Counted from the first letter of the stretch, positions 37,854 to 47,960 are shown. The stretch is 54,969 nucleotides of DNA from an uncultured bacterium (GCA_963997925.1 CAXEOX010000006.1:1-54969); one strand, 5' to 3'. Notes: a model not told the origin generated them from the letters alone. Made by a program: numbers and translations.

Positions 37854-38083
37854 GGTTCGACCGCTCCTATCCCTGCGTCATGACGAACAGACTTCTTCCG
37901 AGTTTCCTGCCAGTCTCGGGGGCAAGCTCATTGACAGTTTGATGATGAAACCATGAGCCGGGTTCCTTCGTTATGTATATATATGAGGGCCGACCACCAC
38001 TCCAGGCAGAATTCGCCGCCAATCAGCCCCGCTAACTCCCCCTGACCATTCCTAGACCGCAACTGACGCTTTGTTCATAACTT

Positions 38084-39817
38084 ATGGGTGATTTGGGATC
38101 GAGGGTGCGAATGTTAGCAACAAACCCAGAAGACCGTGCTTCGACGAAGATTGGTATAAAGCTCGGAGGAATCTTGTCGGTAACTCTGTCCTTGGCCGTC
38201 GGCTTGGCCTGTAGCTCTCCGGCGTCACCAATCGTCGATGTCCCGCCGCCTGAACCGGCTCTATCCTCCCTTCAGTGCGACCTGCCCAAGTCCAAGAATC
38301 GCCGACGTTGACACCCACTTTCTTAGTAGCAAGTGACGGACTGCGTGTTATTGATGCCAGTCAACCGCTGCCACCTACCGTCGGCCCGAAGCTCTCCAAT
38401 CCTGGAAATCTCGCCTACGATGCCCTGATGGCCGCCGCCCTGGATTCCTTACCCCATTTCAACCGCCTGGGCGACGACTCCGGAGTGTCCAGATTCGGGC
38501 GGGTACCGGTTAACCTGGACCAGGTGGCGGGGCAGATGGTGGATTCCGGTGACATCGCTTACGCGCCGGTCCTGATAGATTTTCTGAGGATGCAGCTTTA
38601 TTACGAAGGGCGCACCACCCTGAGTTCCTACCTTGAACAGCTTGTTGGCAGTGAAGAACAACCGGACATTGATGAGCAGGGCGAATGGAAGTTATGGAGC
38701 GAGTGGCTGGGGAGCCACCCTGAGATTGAGCCACCCCAAGGCTACGCCGCATGGAAGGGACGGTTCCTAGCCCACATCGACCCGGAAATGGGAGCCTTCT
38801 TCTACGAAGGCGTGAAGACCAGGATACGATTGGAGGCGGCGGTTTGGGGAGGGGTGCCCAAAGACGGGATACCGGATCTGATTAACCCGCCTGCGGTGAC
38901 CCCTCAGGATGCTTGGTACATGAATCCCACTGACCGGGTATTTGGTATTTCCATAAACGGGGAACACCGGGCCTATCCTCTGCGGATCTTAAACCCCCAC
39001 GAGATGGCAAACGACGTTCTGGGCGGCGAGCCGATCGCTCTGGCCTATTGAACTCTCTGCGGTTCTGGAATCGTGTATTCCACAAAGATAAATGGAAAAG
39101 TCTTGAGCTTTGGTACGTCGGGCATGCTATATCACAGCAACAAGCTGATGTACGACCGGGGCACCAAATCCTTGTGGCATCAGTTCTTGGGCGAGCCGGT
39201 TGTAGGTCATTTGGCGGACAGCGGCACGAAGCTTGATCTGATTCCAGTCACCCTCACCACCTGGATAGACTGGTTGGCGATCCATCCAGACACCACCGTC
39301 CTGGACATAAAAACCGGGGTGTATCCAATCACCAGCTATTCGCCGGAAGATGACCTGCAATCGATATATTTCCGCTACCGAAACACTCCGGTGACAATAT
39401 TCCCCGTTCCCGAACGCGCCGATGTTCTGGAGACTAAATCTCAAGTCCTAGGGTTGACCTTGAACGGGAAGTCCATCGCATACCCTTTGGAGTTGTTGTC
39501 CCGGCGGCTGGTGGTTAACGACACTTTGGGTGGCCAGGATTTGGTTGTCGTTGCCACAGATCGGGGAGTCGGCGCTAGGGCTTATCAAAGAAAAACTCAT
39601 GAGTTCTCGCTGCTGCTGACCGGGCCTGAGGACGGGAGTCTCATCTTGACCGATCTGAATGACCGGCGGTGGCGGGTTGAGGAAGATGCGCTGGTCCTGC
39701 TTGAAGACCCGCGTCAACGATTACTACGGCTCCCCAGCCGGGCTTCCTATTGGTTCGGATGGTACCGTTTTCCATCCCGATACTCAGATTTATGCTGGCT
39801 TGGATGACGCCCCCTAA
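38084..39817 (+). CDS. DUF3179-family lipoprotein, selenoprotein (Sec at TGA 39049-39051), with two apparent frameshifts
   Basis: GGVPKDGIP, RAYPLRIL, HEMAND, LAY-TGA-TLCGSG, FGTSGML, MYDRGTKSLW. The signal peptide (GLAC) and the conserved FHPDT tail lie in other frames. Confidence 0.75.
39066..39082 (+). promoter_or_regulatory. SECIS-like hairpin (DUF3179 gene)
   Basis: TGGAAT-CGTGT-ATTCCA, starting 15 nt after TGA. Confidence 0.7.
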
Positions 39818-39914
39818 CCAACTCTCTGTCAGGCAGCCGGCTCGGTGCAGATGCACTGTTCACCATAAGGCTGCGATGCTACACTCGGGTTGCCTGTTTT
39901 AGGGGGTTGGTGGC

Positions 39915-40568
39915 GTGAATGATTCTAACGCCGCCGAACCCGTTGCCACCAACCCTTACACCTTTTGCGAGCACGACATGGAGTATGCCCGGATCGCGCC
40001 TATCATGGGGCGCTTGTGGTCCCCCATCGCGGCCGTCACCAGCAACTGGCAAGGCAAGTCCAACGCCCAGATAGCGGTGGCGATTGCAGCGGCTTCCATC
40101 GTTCCGGATATGCCCCGTGTCTTGCTGCAGATATACAAGAACAACTATAGTCACGACCTGATTTACAACAGCGGGTCCTTCGCCCTGAATTTCATCCGCC
40201 GGGATCAACTTCAATTAATCAAAGACTTTGGCCTGGTTTCGGGTAGGGATACCGACAAGTTGTCGGATGTCGGCCACGTGTTTAGAGAGACTGGAAGCCC
40301 GATTTTGGACGACTGCTGGGGTTTCCTAGACTGCCGGGTCGTCAACGCCATGGACGGCGGCGACATGACCTGCTTCCTGGCGGATGTTTTGGAAGGGGAA
40401 ACCCTCACGCAAGCCGAGCCGTTATACTGGCGGGACGCCCGCCGGGAGATTCCCGCTGAATGGAACGAGGAATGGGACCGGAAAATCACCGGTGAGATCG
40501 AGGTCTCAAAGCAACGCATGCCCAACATTGATCTCAAGCCGTGGCTGCCTACCGGGCAAGAATCTTGA
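39915..40568 (+). CDS. Flavin reductase-like (DIM6/NTAB) protein
   Basis: SGSFALN, FGLVSGRDTDK, TGSPIL, CRVV..GD. Confidence 0.82.
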   Translation: MNDSNAAEPVATNPYTFCEHDMEYARIAPIMGRLWSPIAAVTSNWQGKSNAQIAVAIAAASIVPDMPRVLLQIYKNNYSHDLIYNSGSFALNFIRRDQLQLIKDFGLVSGRDTDKLSDVGHVFRETGSPILDDCWGFLDCRVVNAMDGGDMTCFLADVLEGETLTQAEPLYWRDARREIPAEWNEEWDRKITGEIEVSKQRMPNIDLKPWLPTGQES

Positions 40569-40581
40569 TTCGGACTGATCT

Positions 40582-41715
40582 ATGAGCGACTTCCGGGAAT
40601 TGGTGCAAAAGATTCACGACTCCCAACCCCAAGCGGTGCTGGCAGTGGCCGGCGCCGGTAGCGAGGCAGTTGCCTGGCTCTTGGGCGTGGCCGGGGCTTC
40701 CCGCTCCCTTCTGGAGGTCGTGGTTCCCTACGGTTCGCTATCGATGGTTGATTTTATCGGCAAGGAGCCGTCCCAATATGTATCGGTGGAAACCGCTACG
40801 GACATGGCTAGAGCCGCTTACAAACGGGCGTTGCTCCTGCGAGAGAACCCCATACCGGTGGTGGGCTTAGGTTGCACCGCCACCATAGCCACCGACCGTC
40901 CCAAGCGCGGCGAACACCGCTGTTGCATCGCCACGTGGACCGAGACTGGCTCGGCAACCTATTCTCTGCGATTCGACAAGGGACGCCGTGACCGGGCTGG
41001 TGAGGAAGGTGTGGTCAGTTGGCTGTTGCTACAAGCCTTGTCCACCGCCAGCGGGCTGGAAGAAGATGTTGCACTGGGACTGGTCCCAGAGGATGAGTTG
41101 GTAACCGGTGGGAGTGACCACGGCGATGCCCTGTCGCGCCTTCTGTCCGGAGAAGTGGACAGCGTCTTGGTGGAAACTGACGGGGCGATGTCGGTTGACG
41201 CAGCCTTCGACGGCGCGTTGTTGCCGGGCTCTTTCAGTCCCGTCCATGATGGACACCGGGAGTTGGCTCGCGCCGCTGGGGATATGCTGGGCAAGGAAGT
41301 GTGCTACGAGATATCGGTGTTGAACGTGGATAAACCCCCTTTGGCCAAGGAAGAGGTTGAGCGGCGGTTGACTCAGTTCTTGGGCAATGCCAGAGTTGTG
41401 CTTACCAGAGCGGAGACCTTTCGTAAGAAAGCGGACCTGTTCCCCGGTGCTGCCTTTGTGATTGGGTGGGACACGGCGGTCCGGCTGGTGGCCCCCAGAT
41501 ACTACGGAGGCGAGAGTTCGGCCATGCTAACCGCTCTGGCCGAGATGTGGGCCTCCGGTTGCCGCTTTCTGGTGGCGGGCCGAGAGGCTGACGGCACATT
41601 TCATACACTGGACAACGTGGAGATTCCCGAGGGGTTCAGACCATTGTTCCAAGAGATACCCGAGTCTCGATTCCGCATTGACATCTCATCCACCGCCTTG
41701 CGGGCAGAGTCTTGA
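40582..41715 (+). CDS. CinA-C-like domain fused to HxGH nucleotidyltransferase-like domain
   Basis: N-half GASRSLLE..PY, VSVETA..MA. C-half PGSFSPVHDGH, IGWDT..RL, ISSTALR. Confidence 0.7.
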   Translation: MSDFRELVQKIHDSQPQAVLAVAGAGSEAVAWLLGVAGASRSLLEVVVPYGSLSMVDFIGKEPSQYVSVETATDMARAAYKRALLLRENPIPVVGLGCTATIATDRPKRGEHRCCIATWTETGSATYSLRFDKGRRDRAGEEGVVSWLLLQALSTASGLEEDVALGLVPEDELVTGGSDHGDALSRLLSGEVDSVLVETDGAMSVDAAFDGALLPGSFSPVHDGHRELARAAGDMLGKEVCYEISVLNVDKPPLAKEEVERRLTQFLGNARVVLTRAETFRKKADLFPGAAFVIGWDTAVRLVAPRYYGGESSAMLTALAEMWASGCRFLVAGREADGTFHTLDNVEIPEGFRPLFQEIPESRFRIDISSTALRAES

Positions 41716-41763
41716 AGACCTTGAAAACATTCCTTTCCCAGTTTGAAAAGAGGTCCTGCTGAA

Positions 41764-41798
41764 TTGACACTCCCCATAGCCAATGATATATTATTGGC
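41764..41798 (+). promoter_or_regulatory. nuo operon promoter with palindromic operator over the -10
   Basis: TTGACA (41764-41769), 17-nt spacer, TATATT (41787-41792) with TG extension. Near-perfect palindrome GCCAATGATATATTATTGGC (41779-41798). Confidence 0.7.
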
Positions 41799-41853
41799 GC
41801 TTGGCAGGCGTGCCTCTAGACCTTCTTTGCAGAGTATTCTCCAACGCTAAACT

Positions 41854-42276
41854 ATGCTGTTTACCGCTGGTCTTAATCTACAAGCTTTTAACCCCGGTCT
41901 GTTCGCTGAAAACTGGACGGCCGTCGCCCTATCTGCATTGGTGGCGGCAGTAGCCATTATCGGCATGTTTACTGCTTCCCAAGTCCTGTCGTCCAGAAGG
42001 CGCTCCGAGGTTAAACTTACCACCTACGAATGCGGTATACCAGTCACGAATTATGCTTGGTCCAACATCAATGTACGCTTTTATATCTTCGCCATCTTGT
42101 TCTTGATTTTTGATGTTGAGGCTGTCTTTCTATTCCCATGGGCCGTCATCTTCATGGAGCAGAAAGTTGTACATGGCAACGTGATACCGTTCTACGCCAT
42201 GATAATGTTCCTGGGCATTCTATTCTTTGCCATAGTTTACGCATGGCGAAAGGGGGTGCTTGAATGGAGGAAATAA
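41854..42276 (+). CDS. nuoA: NADH-quinone oxidoreductase subunit A
   Basis: [27 protein letters not shown]. Confidence 0.95.
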   Translation: MLFTAGLNLQAFNPGLFAENWTAVALSALVAAVAIIGMFTASQVLSSRRRSEVKLTTYECGIPVTNYAWSNINVRFYIFAILFLIFDVEAVFLFPWAVIFMEQKVVHGNVIPFYAMIMFLGILFFAIVYAWRKGVLEWRK

Positions 42277-42797
42277 CTCTTGGCGCGGGCAATCGTCCCG
42301 GCGCTAGCCTCTATGACCAAGCCACGTCCGGCAGGGTGCCCGGCGTTATAACAACGACGACGGACCAACTGTTCGGGATGGCCCGAAAGTCTTCATTGTG
42401 GGCGCTTACCTTCGGTCTAGCCTGTTGCGCCATCGAGATGATGTCCACCTACATGGCCCACTACGACTTTGACCGTTTTGGGGTGGTTACCTGGCCGTCT
42501 CCCCGCCAATCGGACGTGATGATAGTAGCGGGCACGGTTGTTAAGAAGATGGCCGAGCCCATCCGGCTCCTTTACGAACAAATGCCCGAACCCAAATGGG
42601 TCATCGCCATGGGCAGTTGCGCCACCAACGGCGGCCCCTACTACCGGTCCTATTCGGTGGTGATGGGTGTCGACCACATCATTCCGGTGGATGTTTACGT
42701 GCCCGGTTGTCCGCCACGGCCGGAAGCGCTGCTCTACGGCATTCTCAAGCTTCAGGAAAAAATAATGCAGGACGCCAAGAGCAGTGGTGGAAAGTAA
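42264..42797 (+). CDS. nuoB: NADH-quinone oxidoreductase subunit B
   Basis: [28 protein letters not shown]. Confidence 0.96.
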   Translation: MEEITLGAGNRPGASLYDQATSGRVPGVITTTTDQLFGMARKSSLWALTFGLACCAIEMMSTYMAHYDFDRFGVVTWPSPRQSDVMIVAGTVVKKMAEPIRLLYEQMPEPKWVIAMGSCATNGGPYYRSYSVVMGVDHIIPVDVYVPGCPPRPEALLYGILKLQEKIMQDAKSSGGK

Positions 42798-43323
42798 CAA
42801 CCCCGAAGCCACTCAGGCTCCCGAAGAGGTTGAGTCTGTTGACGAGGCTATCACCAGCCTGACCCGAGCTAATCTGGACCTCTTGGAAGTCCTCAAGGAC
42901 GTATTTAGCGATTTCGACCCCCAGCCCGGAGCCCTAGACAATCTCCCCCAGGTTACCGTAAAGTCCGGAGAAATCGAGCGGGTGTGCCGTTTGGCCAAGG
43001 ACGACCCCAGGCTTGGTATGGTCCAACTGTCCCTGATAGCTTGCGTGGACTACCAAGAGTATTTTCAGATGGTGTATATCCTTCACTGTTTGGACCCGGA
43101 CCGAACTGCGGTCATCAAGACGGATGTGCCCTACGAAACACCCGCTTTGCCCTCGGTAACCTCGGTCTGGCGCGCCGCCGATTGGTACGAACGGGAGGCC
43201 CACGATCTATTCGGTGTTCACTTCGAGGGCCATCCTGACCTGGCTCCCCTATTGTTGTATGACGGTTTTGAAGGGTACCCAGGCCGGAAAGAGTATCCCT
43301 TCAACGACTACCAGGAGTTCTGA
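42784..43323 (+). CDS. nuoC: NADH-quinone oxidoreductase subunit C
   Basis: [23 protein letters not shown]. Confidence 0.92.
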   Translation: MVESNNPEATQAPEEVESVDEAITSLTRANLDLLEVLKDVFSDFDPQPGALDNLPQVTVKSGEIERVCRLAKDDPRLGMVQLSLIACVDYQEYFQMVYILHCLDPDRTAVIKTDVPYETPALPSVTSVWRAADWYEREAHDLFGVHFEGHPDLAPLLLYDGFEGYPGRKEYPFNDYQEF

Positions 43324-43592
43324 TGACTATGGAATCAGTGATGCTAACGGCACGGGTAAGTTGGGATAGCGATCACTTTGTCGCCAAGGTGGATCAACTC
43401 CCGTTGGAATGCGATGGGGAGTCTCTTGAGGAAGCGCAAGACCAGTTGATTCAAATGATGCGGTCCTGGATCGAAGAGAACGACGGCACCGATACTTTGG
43501 AGGAACTCTTGGCCGACGCCGGCTTTCCGGACGTGGCCGAAGATACCGAATTACAACTGGAGTTTGTGGACGAGCCCGGCGTGGCGGAGTGA
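43323..43592 (+). CDS. HicB-like (RNase H-like fold) small acidic protein
   Basis: FVAKVDQLP...GESLEEAQDQL. Coupled to nuoC (TGATG). Confidence 0.6.
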   Translation: MTMESVMLTARVSWDSDHFVAKVDQLPLECDGESLEEAQDQLIQMMRSWIEENDGTDTLEELLADAGFPDVAEDTELQLEFVDEPGVAE

Positions 43593-43616
43593 GCGATCGC
43601 ATCGGAGTGGTGTTCT

Positions 43617-43997
43617 TTGGAATACGACGGGGAATACGATGAGGAAAACGGCTCGCCTGGGGATCGCGTAGTTTATCAGGTAGAAGAGTCGCAGTCCGGC
43701 AAGACCCATCAGGCGTACTGCCCTGAGCTGATTCTGTTGGGGTTCGGCGATACGCCGGAAGAAGCCAAGGAGGCTTTGCAGACGGAAGTTAGGTCCTACC
43801 TTGAGGACTGCGACTGGCTGGGAATCCTAGAGGATGTACTGATTGAGGCAGGGTTCTACGACGATGGAGACCGTTGGGTCAGCAACGCCGTGACTCCGGC
43901 CCATGAACCTAAGATACTTATGTTGGACAGTGAGACGGGGTTGATGGAAGGGCTTCTGGGCCTTGTGCCGGAAATCCCCCCTGACCCTCCTTTATAA
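43617..43997 (+). CDS. HicB-like small acidic protein
   Basis: AYCPEL...GDTPEEAKEAL..EV..YLE...G.L..VL.EAGF. GGAG SD precedes TTG. Confidence 0.6.
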   Translation: MEYDGEYDEENGSPGDRVVYQVEESQSGKTHQAYCPELILLGFGDTPEEAKEALQTEVRSYLEDCDWLGILEDVLIEAGFYDDGDRWVSNAVTPAHEPKILMLDSETGLMEGLLGLVPEIPPDPPL

Positions 43998-44092
43998 AGG
44001 GAGGAGAGCTTCGAAGCGTGGTTTCGCGCGGACCACGGATTTTGACTAACAGAGGAATGCTTGGAAACTGAAGACGGACAAAGGGTTAAGTG

Positions 44093-45223
44093 ATGGCGGA
44101 TATCTCAACTGAGATGGCTGCCCGCGGCGAACCTGTGGAGATGCTGCTCAACATGGGTCCGCAGCACCCGTCTACCCACGGGGTGTTCCGCATGGTGCTG
44201 TGGGTTGATGGGGAGAAGGTCACGGATGTGGAGCCCTACATCGGCTACCTGCACCGTGGTTCGGAGAAGCTGTGCGAGGGTGAGCAATACCATCAGGTAA
44301 TTACCCTGTTCGACCGCATGGATTACCTCGCCAATTTCAACAATGAATTGGTTTATTGCGCCGCCGTGGAAAAGCTGATGGGTCTTGAAGTACCTGAGCG
44401 AGCGGAGTACGTGCGGGTTATCCTGTGCGAGTTGAACCGCATAGCCAGCCATCTGCTCTTCGTGGCGACCATGGGACTGGATGCCGGGGCTATGACTCCT
44501 TCCATGATTTGCTTCCGGGGGCGGGAGCGAGTCCAAGCCGTCTTCGAGGCCGTCTCCGGCGCCCGCATGATGCACAACTACTTCAGGATCGGAGGCCTAA
44601 AGGACGACCTTCCTGATAACTTCGAGGAAATGATTGGGGAGTTGATGCCCCTGTTGCAAGCGGACATCGAAGAGGCCGACCATCTTCTGACCTTCAATGA
44701 GATATTCCTGGCACGGCTCAAAGGGGTGGCGGCTATATCCGTGGAAGACGCTCTGGATTTCGGATTAACCGGTCCTTGCCTGCGAGCCTGCGGTGTCGAC
44801 TACGACCTTCGCAAGGCTGACCCTTATTCGATATATGACCGGTTCGACTTCAACGTGCCCGTCGGATTGGATGGCGACTGTTGGGACCGACACTACGTAC
44901 GGGTTCGAGAGATGTACGAGTCCATGAAAATCTTGGAACAGGCCCTGGCCGGGATGCCCAAGGGCAATGTCACGTCCTCTTTGGGAAAACGATTGGCCCG
45001 TCCTCCGGAGGGACAAGTCTACTTTAGAGCGGAGAACCCCCGGGGAGAATTAGGGGTTTATCTCGTCAGCGACGGCACCGATAAGCCCTATCGACTAAAG
45101 GTTCGTCCGCCGTCATTCTGCAATCTGTCCGCCATCAAACATATGTTGAAAAACACCTGGATCGCCGATACGGTGGTGGTGCTAGGCTCTCTGGATATCG
45201 TGCTGGGTGAGGTAGACCGGTGA
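44093..45223 (+). CDS. nuoD: NADH-quinone oxidoreductase subunit D
   Basis: NMGPQHPSTHGV, GYLHRG.EK, ELNRIASH, E.PRGE, DIVLGEVDR. Confidence 0.96.
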   Translation: MADISTEMAARGEPVEMLLNMGPQHPSTHGVFRMVLWVDGEKVTDVEPYIGYLHRGSEKLCEGEQYHQVITLFDRMDYLANFNNELVYCAAVEKLMGLEVPERAEYVRVILCELNRIASHLLFVATMGLDAGAMTPSMICFRGRERVQAVFEAVSGARMMHNYFRIGGLKDDLPDNFEEMIGELMPLLQADIEEADHLLTFNEIFLARLKGVAAISVEDALDFGLTGPCLRACGVDYDLRKADPYSIYDRFDFNVPVGLDGDCWDRHYVRVREMYESMKILEQALAGMPKGNVTSSLGKRLARPPEGQVYFRAENPRGELGVYLVSDGTDKPYRLKVRPPSFCNLSAIKHMLKNTWIADTVVVLGSLDIVLGEVDR

Positions 45224-46359
45224 GCATGCCGATTCCCCTCCTGGCCATGGATCTGCTTACGTTCATATGGATCGTAGCCGGATTGTTGGCTATGTTCACC
45301 GCCCTTTCCGTGGTGGTCTTGTCCCTGACGTGGTTGGAGAGGAAGCTGCTGGGCCGGTTGCAACGCCGTCTGGGCCCCACTCGAACCGGACCCATGGGTT
45401 TGATGCAACCCATAGCCGACGCACTGAAGCTGATTCTCAAAGAAGACATCATCCCCACGTCGTCGGAGAAAGCCATATTTTGGGTGGCGCCGATCCTAGT
45501 AGTGGTGCCGGCGTTCATGATTTGGGTCACGATACCGGGCACCGAGAATCTGGTATTGAGCAACCTGGAAGATCTAGGGTTGTTTTACATCATCGCCTTC
45601 TCAGTAGTTGGGATTCTGGGATTGGTATTGGCTGGCTGGGGGTCCGCCAACAAGTACGGCACTATAGGCGGTCTTCGGGCGGCGGCCCAGTTAATCAGCT
45701 ATGAGATACCGATAATCATGGTGGTGATTGCCGTCAGTATGCTGGCTGGGACTCTGAACATGGTCGAGATTGTGGAGAAGCAGGCCTCGTATCCCTACGC
45801 ATTGATATTGCCCCTGGGTTTCGTGATTTTCTTCATAGCCGGGCTGGCCGAAGTCGGGAGAACGCCCTTCGACATCTATTTCGCCGAGTCGGAGATTGTG
45901 GGCGGCCCATTCATCGAATACAGCGGCGCCCACTGGTCCGTATTCTTCCTGGCGGAGTACATCAACACTTTTGCCGTCGCTGCGCTGACTGTCCTACTGT
46001 TCCTGGGCGGATGGTCCGGTCCCTTCTTGTCGGGAGATTGGGATATCCTCTGGTTCCTGGCCAAAGTGTACCTGGTGATAATGGTGATTTTCTGGATCAG
46101 AGGAACCTTCCCACGCCTGCGTATCGACCAGTTGATGGCCTTTGCCTGGAAGGTGATGGTCCCCTTATCTTTCTATGCCATCGTAATCACTGCGGTGTAC
46201 CTGTTCTACGGCTGGCCCGAATGGTCGTTGACGCTGATGTCTCTGGCAGGATTATTGGTGGTGGGATACTCGATCTACCGGCGCTTTGCGGGACCGTCAA
46301 GTCAGGCTGCACAGGTCCGCGCCAGGTACCAAGCCCTGGAAGCTCGGACCGGACAGTAA
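45220..46359 (+). CDS. nuoH: NADH-quinone oxidoreductase subunit H
   Basis: ERK..GR.Q.R.GP, QPIADALKL..KE, SYEIP, R.PFD..AESE, PRLR.DQL. Confidence 0.96.
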   Translation: MSMPIPLLAMDLLTFIWIVAGLLAMFTALSVVVLSLTWLERKLLGRLQRRLGPTRTGPMGLMQPIADALKLILKEDIIPTSSEKAIFWVAPILVVVPAFMIWVTIPGTENLVLSNLEDLGLFYIIAFSVVGILGLVLAGWGSANKYGTIGGLRAAAQLISYEIPIIMVVIAVSMLAGTLNMVEIVEKQASYPYALILPLGFVIFFIAGLAEVGRTPFDIYFAESEIVGGPFIEYSGAHWSVFFLAEYINTFAVAALTVLLFLGGWSGPFLSGDWDILWFLAKVYLVIMVIFWIRGTFPRLRIDQLMAFAWKVMVPLSFYAIVITAVYLFYGWPEWSLTLMSLAGLLVVGYSIYRRFAGPSSQAAQVRARYQALEARTGQ

Positions 46360-46389
46360 GGGTAGAACGATGGCACATAGGAATAGCCG

Positions 46390-46977
46390 ATGATATATAG
46401 CATTAAAGGTCTTTGGTTGACCCTGGTCTCCACCATGAACGGACTGCGAAGTCCGGTGACCCGCCAATATCCGGAGCAAGGAGTCCTCTGGAAGCACACT
46501 GAAGCTCCCACTCCGGTTCAGGACCGGTTCATGGGTTTCCCTGCCCTGACTTGGGATGGTGATGTGGTCGAACCCTACTGCACTGGTTGCATGATTTGCA
46601 TCCGCAATTGCCCGACGCAGTGCATGTCTGCCAATATGAAGGACAATCCCCTGCAACAAGAGGGGAAAAGCAGCCGTAGAAAAATTATCGATACCTTCGA
46701 AATCAATCTCAACCGGTGTATACTGTGCGGAATCTGCGTCGATGTGTGTAACTTTGACGCCATCGTGATGAGTCACGAGCACGAAATGAGCACCTTCCAG
46801 CGCAACGGCGACCGGGTAAATCTCCCCGTCCTGCTGGAGATTGGGTCCAAATACCAGAGAGAGACCGGCTGGACCCCGCCGTCCAAGCGGACAAAGCCGG
46901 AGGCAGAGGCTAAACCCGCTGTCGAGGCGGCTGCGGCTTCATCTGGGGAGACCGCAACCCCGGAAGCTTCTTCTTGA
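46390..46977 (+). CDS. nuoI: NADH-quinone oxidoreductase subunit I
   Basis: T.QYP, CTGCMIC..NCP, RCILCGICVDVC. Confidence 0.93.
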   Translation: MIYSIKGLWLTLVSTMNGLRSPVTRQYPEQGVLWKHTEAPTPVQDRFMGFPALTWDGDVVEPYCTGCMICIRNCPTQCMSANMKDNPLQQEGKSSRRKIIDTFEINLNRCILCGICVDVCNFDAIVMSHEHEMSTFQRNGDRVNLPVLLEIGSKYQRETGWTPPSKRTKPEAEAKPAVEAAAASSGETATPEASS

Positions 46978-47141
46978 AGATACTTGAGCCGTTGTCTAGC
47001 GCCATGCTGAACGGTTTACAATCAGCACCGGTCCTTACCGGAGCCGCCGTACAGGTGGCTTATTATTTGCATGTCTCCGGGTGTTGGCATGAGAATACCG
47101 GCGTCTAATTATTCCTATATGGGTGGGTTGTTCAGCTAAGT

Positions 47142-47630
47142 ATGTCCTTGATTTTGTTCATAGCATTGGCGGTGTTAACCCTCGGCGGAGGGCTGGGTGT
47201 GGTGGCGACTAGAAACGTTGTCCATGCCTCCTTGGCGCTGCTTCTGTCCTTGCTGGCAGTGGCCGGTATCTACCTGATTCTCTTTGCCGAGTTCTTGGCC
47301 ATCGTTCAAGTGCTCATCTACGGCGGGGCCATCACCATCGTACTGTTGTTCGCAATCATGCTAACCCGCACTGCCGAATATCCCCGAATCACCGACAATC
47401 GCCAGTGGCCTTTGGCGGCGGCGGCGGCAGTAGCCACTTTGGCCGTGCTGGCGGGATCCTTCTGGACTAATGCCTCTGTCGGTACCGAGCCTCACAGCCC
47501 GGCTCTCACCGATCTGGCCAATTCGTTGTTCACCAGATGGGCCATACCTTTTGAGGTGGCGTCGCTGGTATTGCTGGTGGCGCTTATCGGCGCGATTATC
47601 ATCGCTCGGGAAAGCGAGGAAGGGAACTAA
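47142..47630 (+). CDS. nuoJ: NADH-quinone oxidoreductase subunit J
   Basis: AEFLAIVQVLIYGGAI, PFEVASLVLLVALIGA. Confidence 0.94.
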   Translation: MSLILFIALAVLTLGGGLGVVATRNVVHASLALLLSLLAVAGIYLILFAEFLAIVQVLIYGGAITIVLLFAIMLTRTAEYPRITDNRQWPLAAAAAVATLAVLAGSFWTNASVGTEPHSPALTDLANSLFTRWAIPFEVASLVLLVALIGAIIIARESEEGN

Positions 47631-47960
47631 TTGGTCGATCTAGTTTACTTCCAGTTGTTGAGCGCGGCCCTGTTCGTTATCGGGATGTACGGCGTTCTAG
47701 CACGGCGGTCGGCGGTCTTGATTCTGATGTCCATCGAGTTGATGCTCAACGCCGTGAATATAAATCTGATCGCCGCCGCTTCCCACTTGGGCTACCGTAG
47801 CGCCGGGGAAGCCTTCAGCAACTTCGACGGGCAAATCATCGCCATCTTCGTGATTACCGTTGCCGCTGCCGAGTTGGGATTGGCCCTGGCGATAATCCTG
47901 CGCATCTACCGGAACCGGGGCACGGTGAACGTGGACGAAGTGGACTTGATGAAATGGTGA
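47631..47960 (+). CDS. nuoK: NADH-quinone oxidoreductase subunit K
   Basis: [17 protein letters not shown]...VAAAE. Confidence 0.94.
   Translation: MVDLVYFQLLSAALFVIGMYGVLARRSAVLILMSIELMLNAVNINLIAAASHLGYRSAGEAFSNFDGQIIAIFVITVAAAELGLALAIILRIYRNRGTVNVDEVDLMKW

Noticed and set aside
43590-43616. Fifth UGA readthrough fusing the two HicB-like ORFs (they are in the same frame)
   Set aside because: No redox motif at the TGA. The nearby stem (GTGTTC-TTTG-GAATAC) starts later and lacks the GU loop. A GGAG SD precedes TTG 43617.
44093-45223. Group 4 NiFe hydrogenase large subunit
   Set aside because: No N- or C-terminal CxxC Ni ligands; the motifs are typical of NuoD.
46978-47141. Small ORF or ncRNA between nuoI and nuoJ
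   Set aside because: A 34-codon ORF with no SD or motif, and no recognisable RNA family.
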